This document shows positions 53,926-64,000 of a DNA stretch of 64,000 nucleotides, one piece after another (position 1 is the first letter of the stretch; the number at the start of each line of letters is the position of its first letter). Made by a program: the position numbers and the translations under genes. Origin of the DNA: Phoronis australis (Eukaryota > Animalia > Phoronida); NCBI GenBank assembly GCA_002633005.1, contig NMRA01000305.1, forward strand, positions 158,858 through 222,857, in the 5' to 3' direction. Below the pieces are notes generated by a model, which worked only from the letters and a program-made list of their open reading frames with translations, was not told where the DNA came from and searched no databases.

Positions 53926-56526
53926 TTTCCGATGTTTCTGCAAAAGCACACTTTCTTTGCTGACCGTTCATATAAAAACTCCTTATCGCTTGCACGTCTG
54001 TGTCGCGATATGACAGGGTCAGTTTGCAGCGTTGCGGCGAGCGCGCGACGCACTGTTGCACTCGCTACCCAAATAATCCCATCTGACCCTCCAGGGTGAG
54101 TCCAACACAGACAGAATAGCCTTGGGACGTAAAATTGTCTCAGTCACAGTTACCACGGACGCGCAAAACTGGTTTGCTGATATAACACAAATAGGCTGAA
54201 AAATATTCCAATGCTTTCAAGGTTCTGGAAAAAATTGTCAGATTTGATTTGCATTTTTCCTGCAGTCGTTTTCGTGGGTAAAGGGTGGAAATAAAGTGCG
54301 TCACCTTGCACCGTTGCCTTGATACAAGGTGGAAAAAAAGCTAACAGTGGTCGTTTAGTAAAGCCAACCCAATTCCCTACAGTCACGATTTCTGGTACAA
54401 CCCCTCGCATCCTTCGACAGTTTGGTTATTTCAATAGGGCCGTCTCGGATTACGCAACAACATAGAGCTCCTGCGCCCCGGAGATAAGAAAGCGCTTTGT
54501 TTTCATTGGCCTCGTTCTGGAACGCCAGGAACATTTTCACACGTTATGTCGGAAACTCACGAAGTGTATGGCCGTGGAAATAATCTCGATTTCAACCGTT
54601 TAAATGTATCGGAAGTAAAAAAGTATCTTCAAGAAAGAGCATTCAGTTCAATTCAAAATTAAATCGACGAACTTGCTTCATCCATTCGCCCCACATTTTC
54701 TTGTCTTCGGTTGATGTCTAGAGGGCGAAAAACTTGAAATCACGCGTCCAGGAATAATATCAAGTTTATCCAAATTTTTCCCGTTCGAGGTCTACACAAC
54801 ACAGCAGGAAAACTTCGTTGGGATTGGAAGAACAAATAGAGTAATTCAGCCGAGAAGAGGCTTGTAAAGAATACAACAACTAAGGACACGAGCAACTCCA
54901 ATGGCGCTAAAACAAGGCTACAAGAGTGGATAGCGGATATTGCGGCATTGTGGGTAAATACGGCGAGATTCGATGTCTAATCCGTGGTGGCCCTATTAAA
55001 GCGGCCTTTCGTCACAAAACATATTTTGATTTAGACCACTTACCATTATAGTCTCAAATTGTCCCTTTGTCTATTTGCAGTTGATTTCCGTGTTTCGAAA
55101 GAACCTACAGTTCGCTTTTGTTCGAGGAAGGCTCTGCAAGTTGTCTTGTCATAGAACATAATTATCTGCGCCGAGTATAGTCTGAAATGATAATTAACTT
55201 CGGTAAACCAAATTCATACGCGACGGTTACGCGGAATTCCTTATTTATACGCTAATTGTGCGTCGCGCAGAAGCCAAAGTAATAAAAATACAAATTTTAA
55301 GCGTATGGCTGCGTATTGATTTTGATAAGAAACTAGCAAGGACTTGATATACGCAAAAGTGTAAAAAGTCACAAAGCGATAAGATCAGCGAGTAATATTA
55401 ATCAATGCCGGGACGTGTAAAACTCCGGGAAAATGATAACTCAAATTTCATTTTAAACATCTTCCGCCCATCGTGGGCCGGGTACATCGTCTTTTAGTTG
55501 GAAGCTAATTAAAGCTGTTTGTATTACAGGGCACAGATATGAGAAGGTAGTACTAATGTTTTGCAGTGTTCACTGCTTTGACCTTATCTGTTGTCTGGGC
55601 GAGACAACCAACATATTGTAATTTTAATATATTGGATCGAAATTTTATTAGCACCGGTCAATATATCATGTCAGATATGTGACGAAAAGAGCGTCGTGTG
55701 AAACGGCATCAGAAATAATCACGCTCTGTTTTTATCAGTTTATTGATTCAGCAAATTTTGTAATCTTGGGGAGTTGACCGTATAGAACGTGTGGAATGCT
55801 ACACTGTATTTGTAGGGAAAAGTGAAAATTCATGTAAAATACGTCTTTCTTTTCGTTAGTAACTTAATTTTAACACGAATCAAGAAACTCAAACGTTTTT
55901 TTTCACAAATAATGCTCATTCTTCGTGTAATGAACTTTTTAAAGATTAATAGATTTTAAAATAAACTCTAAGTTTTATTTCTGAATTTGAAGTAGAACAA
56001 AAATGTCAAAAATAATTTGGAATGCTAAACATAACATCGTCTGCAACTCAGGCACCAATTCCTCGGTAACTACAATAACAAATGTTGTTGTTATTTAACT
56101 ATTTTTAGTAAATGTTACAAATTCAATTCACAATTACCATTGTTTACATCTTTATTATCTTTTTTCAAGTAATAAATGGTTACATTTAAAACTGCCTCTT
56201 TTACTAGAGAAAACTTGTAACCTAACGCGCAAGTACATATCATGTAGGATGTGAACCGCCACGTGATCAGTCTGGTTGAAGTACTTAAAAAATCTGCCGA
56301 AAAAATGAATGAAATTAGGAATTTGAAGCGTATAGAATAAACACAAAACGTACCTTGATAGACGTACATAAAGTAATATCCCACTTGACATTATGCTGCG
56401 TATCGACCTCGATCTTCAGTCTCTGTCGATACGCGAAATAATGTCTCGTGGGATAATACTTCATTTACGCCACTCTCAGTACGTTTTGTGTATGTAGACG
56501 TACAAGGCTGCAACGTCCAAAATTTT

Positions 56527-56682
56527 CATGCGCGCACCCGGGGGGGGGGGCTCGAGGGGCGAATGCAAATGCATAGGTCTTGAACAAACTCCGTTTACAT
56601 TTGTTTCTTTTTAGTAATAAGGTTCACAAATCCAAAATTCGAGATCCCTGCATCCCAACATCTTAGGCTGGACGCGCGCATG
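56527..56682. mobile_element. MITE family 2 copy (inverted), no clear TSD
   Basis: catgcgcgcacccgggg...aggctggacgcgcgcatg. Confidence 0.6.
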
Positions 56683-59025
56683 TGGCGAAATTCTGGTTCA
56701 GATTCCNTTCTTTGCGGTATTTTACACCCGCCGTGTCCCACTGCGTGTGTCATCAGCTTATGCTCTGTGATGGCATTACTGTGTCATTTTATCTCGACTT
56801 GAGAATGAAACAAGTATGTTTCGAAATATCGCGTGTCTTTTAATTATGTCGCTAGGTCAGTTATTGTATCTATGTTCCGTTGAGAGTAGAGTTTTGTTCC
56901 GAAAATATGAACGCAACGGAATAAAGACTGTGAACAATGAAGAGTGTTGTGTGTTCAATCAATTCTGTATATCCGAAAACTTGCTCCCGAAGTTCAGCCA
57001 GAGGTCAAAATAAAGAAACTGTATCTTTAGACATAAACCGTTAAATTATACAGCATTTCAGCGTTAATTTTGATCTCAGGTCTATTAAAGTTCATTAGCT
57101 GGTGCTCTTATTTTATTTTTACAAAAGTTTAATTAGAGCCTCGTTCCGTAGACGCAAGCACAAAGTCGCGAAAACGCAAGTCTCCGCAAAATATCACCAT
57201 GCATTACATACGATGCACATGATCCCATTAGCGTTTTTACCGACTGTCTTTTGTCTACGAAACGCGCCCACCCCCCTGCTCTGCCTGAAATTCCCTTTTT
57301 CTGAAGTTTCCGCTTCAAACTGCATTTCGTCCTATTTCGTATAGCGAATCAACAAAAATCGAATTGGGCATTTTACCGACTCAGTATTCCTTACTGGGAT
57401 AGGATTCCACTTCCGATACTAACTCTAGTCATGTATAGGCAATGTGTGCGTGTGCCATTTTCGAACTCTTTATAGGTTGGACCACATCAAGAAACTTTAA
57501 AGCGTTTTCTTCAGTCGCTGATGGTTTTGACGTCATTGTTGGCAATGGAAATAGAATCTTGTCACATGGGAAATATTTTGAGACCGATTTTATGAGAGTA
57601 AGAGACCTAATTCTATTTTCGCTTTTAGCCAGCTGAACAAGTCGAAATGAGAATTAAAATCAATGTTTACAGGGTCAGTCTTAAGCTTTGGGGAGCCCGA
57701 AGCAATATTTGCCACGGATCCACTTTCGCTGCAGACGATGACGCCAGTTCTCGCGAGTCACCAATCAGCCGCACCTTTCGTCTGGTGAGCCACGTGAGGA
57801 CCCAGGGTTTTTATTGAAAAGGGGGATCGGATCAAGGATTTTTTAAAAATTGGGGTCCAAGTCAACAATTCGAAAATTCTAGATTTGATATAACTAAAAG
57901 CAAGGGGAAAATGGGGGTCGGGACCTCCTTGAACCCCATGGATCAGCCTATCGGAGTTGATACGCCCTGAATGTACGAATGATGAATTATAGCATATTTA
58001 TTTACACTCAAACCTATATCTACAAACATATTTTAATATTGCAAATTATTGCTGACTTAATAGACGAATTCTAAATTATACCCACCAATGAGCTATATCT
58101 AGTATAGCTCATTGCACATTACTTAAATCCTTATACAGAGTAGCAACAATGTACAAATAGGAATATCGGATCTGCCAAAATGTTAACAAAATAATCAGAA
58201 TACCAAGAAACCATATTACTGGGACGGTTCTTATTAATCAAGAGTCCCGGTGTTTGGTCTGTTAAGCTCGAGTACTTGTACAGGAACGCAGTTTCAGCAG
58301 TGTGCAAGTTAACTGTTTTCAAACATATGTTCAAATTTTTTTTTGTCTGAGTCTGACCATTGCGCTCCAAGGATGCAAGACACTCGCGAATAAAGCAACT
58401 CTGATCACGTGCTTCACGATGGATAAAGATATCTCGCAAAGACTTGCATGTCCTCGCTTTTTTTGCACGGAGTTTGCTCAGCAGGAGGCAGGGTAGGGCC
58501 CAGACATGGACTTGAAAAATGAATCAATCATGCTGCGTGATTAGAGTAAACTTCCTCGAAGCGTGCCGCCATTTTAATTGGCCAATATCGAGTACAGAGA
58601 TTAGACTCCATCCCATGTTTCTGATATGACTCAATAGGAGGATGTTTGAAAGGTCAAAGGTTATCAGTCTGAGCAAAAATATTATTGCTTGTGGTGCTCT
58701 GCAGTAAGCATGATTACTACAGCGTAACTATTGTAACTACTGCTGCTGCTACTGCTGCCGCTTCTACTGCAATTTAAGGTTAAAAGCAGTCAAAGATTGA
58801 AGAAAAGCGGATCCATGTGTTGCAAGCCCTAGTATTGGAAGGTGGCGTTGTATAGGAGTGTAAAAGAAACATCCCTTTCTTACTACAACTATTGACATTT
58901 AGCACAACCAGCTGAGGCCCTCATACCATGTTTGAGGTCTCTCCCAGCAGTTCCTCTGAGAGAGATATTTTGAAGTATCTGTAAGATAAGTTTCATGAAC
59001 CTATGTGCCGATTGTTTCCTGGGAA

Positions 59026-62000
59026 TCAACAATAGGTATTTTCAACGCTCGCCCTGTCGGACTTTTTGCCGACATTTTCCATGGACGTTTGGAGCCTGAG
59101 CGCATGCAAACGCTTCATTCCAAGTTCGCACACCATCAGCTCTTTGTCAAGATTAAGTAAGAGCGCCCCGTCCACCATCTCCTCGCGAAATTTCTCACAA
59201 TACTGTTCTAGATGCGTTTCCTTTAAAAAATCACATACGTCATCAACGGTCATTGATTTCAACTTAGACTGATCTTTTTTCTCAGGTTTGTTGGATGTTT
59301 TCTGATCCTTGGCCTGGGCAAGCTCTTCATAAAATGGCATCGGCCCAAGTTTGCCCAGTTCCTGATATTCCATGCCAATAACAGGTGTCACTTGCTTCTG
59401 CGGCACTACTCGCCTTGCCTGACGAGGCGAGAGCTGCACAGTGACATTTTCCGGAAGTATTTGGTAGTACCCTGTAGGATTCGTCATGACGTCAACTTTG
59501 TTGTGTAGTACCGTAACCTCGTTTATTAGGTTAATTTTCTCATCTTCAAGAGCCTGAAAATTAGAGAGGAACCTTCAATTTTGACTTCACTTCAGTAGCG
59601 CTTCCCTTAGCAGTGGCGGATTTGGGGGGAAGGTGGTCATGCCCCCCTAAAATTCTCCCAGATTCCATTTGGCATTTCGGGGGTGCGAATGTCTAACAGG
59701 AAAATCCTGGTTAATACTCTGTCGTGGCCCCCTAACTTAAAATCCTGGATCCGCCCCTGCTTAGCACTACGTGCTTTGCACTAGCGTAGTCACAGGTGCG
59801 GCACACCGGCCCGAGTCTTGCCTCTCCCATGTTCTTTGCAAAAAAATCAACCCAAATCAAAACTCATCTCAATTTTACGTTTACCATCTCCCTATTCTTT
59901 GCAATACGCCCCCTGGTTGCCAACTTCGCCCCCCCCCCCCCCCCCCCCCCCNACCCTGATATAGCGTTTGACCTCCTGTGTCTGGTTTCGACAGTAGTGC
60001 CCCTGTCCAAGACATAAAAATTATGTCTACTTAGCATATTGTGATTGAGCCTCATTAAAACGAGAAAATTTTATTGAAACATTTTTTTACCTTGCATCGC
60101 TCTTGAAGAGAATCTATCTCCTCCACTTTTGCCTTGAGAGACTGTATTTCCTGGAAGATTAACCTTTCTGGGTAGAGTTCAGTATCTGTTTCGCGGCAAG
60201 AAAATCTTGCCAAAATCAGGTGCTCTTATTGCAAATATGTGATGATATCTCGCGGAAACTCGCGAGGTTTTACTTTTCTAATTATGCACTAGAGTTGCTT
60301 TACAACCATTAATTGATGATTGGTGAGTTTTAATTGTTCTATTTTCACGACAAATTCACAGGCAGACGAATTTCCCAATGACTGTCACCACATGAGAAAA
60401 AATATTACATTAAGTGCTGGTGCCTGTGGTGGTTGTAAGGAATAGATAAATTCAAGTGCCTGTAGACTAATTGTTATCAGATTTTCTGTTACGTTTGCGG
60501 ACTGGGTGTCACATTTCCATAACACGAAGTATTGCCCAGCCGGGGGTGGGGCCGAAGCGATTGTATCTGGATGATTTGCAAGGGCAGTAAATTATTACTG
60601 TAACTTTCCGTTTCATTTTTATTGAGAAGTGTCCCAGTGAAAGTTGACTGTCAAATACACAAACTGCAAAACTGCGAACCTGTAAAGCATATCTTTTTGG
60701 AAAGCCAATTTTGATACCTACCCTTTCACGTTTTGTTAACGTGCCCTTTAATGCCATGATTACGCCTTTGTAATAAGCATGGAATCTGAAATAAAGAAAT
60801 TCTAAGAAACTGGTTACGATCGAATGATAAAAATAGAGGAAAATTTGATCGGTGCAGGCAGCCGGAGTCGGATGATCACACACGGGCTACACAAAGTGCA
60901 AAGAACGATTGAAAAATTGAAGATGTTCTTTTGTTTTCTCTAGATTAGAACGTAGAAAAAGTTTCACAAATAGAAACATTAGTCTCAGAAATGAAGCGGA
61001 AAGAGTATACATTGGCTTCTTTGAACCAAAGGTTGAATTATTTCCAATAATATTTTGGTTTAAAATTATAGCTAAATGTCGTGAGTTACGGAAACCACAC
61101 TGAACCAGTGACGTCACGTACCCTTGATCTGCCTCTTCTTCTGGGTCAATGTTATCGCTGTCACGTGGGCGGTTGGCTAAAAGCGAAATTCGTACAATTA
61201 ATTCTTACTTTTAAGAAACGAGTGGCACTTTTGATGACAAAATACATCAGCTTGATAACGAGGCGTTACCATGTGCGAAATTTTGTTTCCAAACAGCAGT
61301 GATTTTCTTTCACGAAAATGTTTATCAAGTTACAATTTTGTATAATTCTGCAATAGTGCCTCTCTGGTGCAGATTTTGTTCAAAACTATTCCATATTCAT
61401 TGTGAGAGAACTTTTTTCTGCGTTACTGGATTGTGAATAAATGCCAAAAAGCACCTTAACCGGATACCAGGCACAAAGATAACAAAGGTACAATGATAGT
61501 TCTTAGACTGGACAACGTTGCAATTCGCGACGGATTGTCCATTACTTTTCGATTAGAACCCCTCTCAATTCTCACTAAATCTCGACAAAGTCTCGACACA
61601 TTACCTTGCAAGTCCATCCACAACTTAAGTTAGCCTAGCTGCAATAACGTCTCATTAAACACTGTGATTTAACTTTAACACATGTGATATTTAATAAGGA
61701 CAAAACTCTGACAAGAAGTTTGTTCAAGATTGACATAATTAACAGAAGCCTGAAAACTAATACAGATACTTTGGAGATCTTTATAAACTTCACGAACGAA
61801 TAATAAAAAGCCTTACGTAAAACTGGTATGAAAGATCTAGCCAAAACAGGCGGCCCCTTTTGTTGTGGTTCTTTGTGACTTGTTACCATCCTAAAAGTAG
61901 AATGAGACATCAGTAAAAGAATACAGCAGCTTTCTTACGTCAGAGATTGCACCATAGCTATCGTAGAGATGCGAGAAGACGGCTACAACAAAGCACCGCT

Positions 62001-63052
62001 CCTCGTAATATACGTGGTGTCAAGGGTACAACTGCTTATGATAATCGGAAACTTAATTAGGGTAAAAAATCACGTTGGAATTCTTTACAACTGATTATTT
62101 TGTTGAAAATAATTGGTAAATATGTTAAAACATAAATCAGTGCGCTATAGTCTGTGGTCAGACAGAATGCATGCGTTCCTTAAATTAACAATCGTTTAAG
62201 GTTATGTAAGAATCTAGAAAAATCATGTCTGAAACGACTCATGGGATTCATATGACTTTCAGATTCTGTTTTATGCACTATTCTCCAAAACACGTTTAGG
62301 GATTGTCTTTAAAATGCTCTGCTTTTTCAAGAGAGACTATTAAATTTCACTGTATCATCTTGAACATTTATAATAAATTGAATTCGTTATTTCCCTGCCA
62401 ATGTGCCTTTCTTTTAAATTTTACTAAAAGGCATGGTCACGTGACCCCAATTTATGACAGATTGGTAAAAGTTAGAGAAAAGTCAAATTCTACAGACTTT
62501 CTACTTTCAGAAAATACGTGCTTTGACGGAGTTAAAGCCCAACAGTGTATGGATATTTGACTAAATACACAGACTCGCCAGTGAGGTCCTACTTCTACAT
62601 AACTGCTTTTTGGTCAGGCAGAGTACTCTACGGGGTAGAGGTAACGAAAAGTGGAAAAAATATCTGTTACACAGGGTCACCTGCTTGTAGTTAACGTCTC
62701 AGTAACGTCCCTGAAGTCAGAACAAGCCAACCAGTTTCACCCCTGGGATAAATAATTTTTGTTTTAAAAATAAAACACTTTTGGCTTATTGGGAGAAATT
62801 GACGTTTTGCAAAGCTGGATTACATGATCCAGTCAGTATAACAAAATCAACTCTGCTTACGTTTGCGCAAGCTCATTTATTTCAAAGTTCGTGTTCTGCA
62901 TAACGGGTGTTGCTGACAATACCTTTTTGGGTCGACATAAACGTAATCTTGAACATCTTCCGATTGTACGGCTATCTGACAAAGCAAACCGTTGACAAGC
63001 TTATGGAGTTTCTCCATTTCATCTTTACGGATCGACTTGGTCGTAGCTTTAC
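59026..63052 (-). CDS. Coiled-coil plus C-terminal SAM-domain protein with Tyr motifs (adaptor-like), 3' part. Exons: 63052-62923, 61890-61817, 61176-61122, 60785-60722, 60150-60091, 59553-59026; 5' end unresolved
   Basis: The last exon encodes a SAM domain (MTVDDVCDFLKETHLEQYCEKFREEMVDGALLLNLDKELMVCELGMKRLHALRL). Upstream exons join in phase: GKATTKSIRKDEMEKLHKLVNGLLCQIAVQSEDVQDYVYVDPK-RMVTSHKEPQQKGPPVLARSFIPVL-PNRPRDSDNIDPEEEADQ-GFHAYYKGVIMALKGTLTKRER-EIQSLKAKVEEIDSLQERCK-ALEDEKINLINEVTVLHNKV. The SAM exon is high confidence; the small exons are moderate. Confidence 0.78.
59611..59759. mobile_element. MITE family 1 copy, 5-bp TSD CTTAG
   Basis: cttag|cagtggcggattt...ggatccgcccctg|cttag. 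Confidence 0.8.
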
Positions 63053-64000
63053 CTTGAATTCAAAGAGAAGAGAGGCGTTTAAACGTCATGTATTCCAAAT
63101 TTGTTGAACATGCAACAATATTCAAAATTATTGGTTTCCAACGATAATCGCTCGATCTCTCTGTATCTTTGACGCTCGTCGGCATACAGTACACGCAGAA
63201 CTCGAGCGTGAAAATTGGCAATCGTGAACACTGTTGTGTGCTCATCTACGGGAGGGGCTATTGCGCGTGATCAACATGGCGTGCAGGGTCGTATCCATGA
63301 ATTTTGCAACTTTTATACCAAGGTTTAAGGAAATTTAATTTACTGCTCCCACTGAATTTTTAATGTAAAGCAAGTGGTTTGGTAGGCCAATTCAGTGAAT
63401 GTTGGAACGTGGCTTAAAACCGTTATGTGAAACTAAGAGAAAGAATGGGGAGGGAGTCTGGAGTCGGGCTATTTTACTATGAGCGAACAATTTTCCCCTC
63501 GAAATAATTAATATTCATAAATAGATCAAGAACGCAGTTTGATGATCAGCTTGTTGATGCCGTGATGGAGAATTGGTTAGCTATGGGAGGGGGAGTCGGG
63601 TGGAGGGATGCAGAGCTGGACCACAAATATAGTTGGTGGTAGCGAGGGGGAAGTAAAATTGTTGGTGACAGGGATAAATGAACGACACCCTGGCATATCC
63701 GTGAATATAATTAATGACAATTAATGATTTTGTCGAGGCTGGGGGTGTGATGTCCGCCTCCAATACAATTTAGGATGCGACTCCCACGTAACCACGTTGC
63801 CGGGCGTTCACTGTCCGATCCCAAATTAATTTAGAACTCTGGTTATATAATTTTTAAAAGCTTCATTTCCCTAAAGGCAAAATTTGTTTTGGTTGGTACA
63901 CAGACTCATTTTAAGACCTGCGCCCACAAACAAACAAATGCACACCCCGATCAATTTCAGCAAAGGTCTTATTTTTTGAAAAGCTGCACAAAGGCACGTA

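Noticed and set aside
54000-58900. Several short ORFs between paralog B and the SAM gene
   Set aside because: No recognisable domains or consistent exon chain; treated as intergenic/UTR sequence with repeat fragments.
61605-61640. Small exon candidate with a good donor (gcaag|gtaat) in the SAM gene
   Set aside because: Stop codon in the required phase; the neighbouring exons join without it.
63100-63245. Protein-like minus-strand stretch (DEHTTVFTIANFHARVLRVLYADERQRYREIERL) as a further SAM-gene exon
   Set aside because: The acceptor is plausible, but I found no convincing in-phase donor; left out of the model.

Overview
Intron-rich animal (probably invertebrate) genomic DNA; the ORF track is mostly noise because real genes are split into short exons. 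I built five spliced gene models by hand from GT/AG sites and intron phase. (1) EDEM1, minus strand: seven internal exons at 447-11656; the first coding exon was not found and the 3' end runs off the window. (2) A divergently oriented AT-hook plus ten C2H2 zinc-finger gene, plus strand, 13 exons, about 577 aa. (3-4) A tandem pair of six-exon paralogs on the minus strand encoding type I membrane proteins: signal peptide, Thr-rich mucin, one Sushi/CCP domain, TM helix, Cys clusters and a near-invariant tail WLPHSHxVRDTAYHRNTSTK. (5) The 3' part of a coiled-coil/SAM adaptor-like gene carrying a canonically spaced ITAM-like motif, an ITSM-like motif and a PxxPxR site. Non-coding features include three DNA-element families sharing CA...TG ends and 5-bp TSDs (hAT5-like), a decayed pogo transposase split by a MITE, hairpins, a minisatellite and a probable haplotype-duplication artefact around the N gap. 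No searches were run; family assignments rest on motif recognition.
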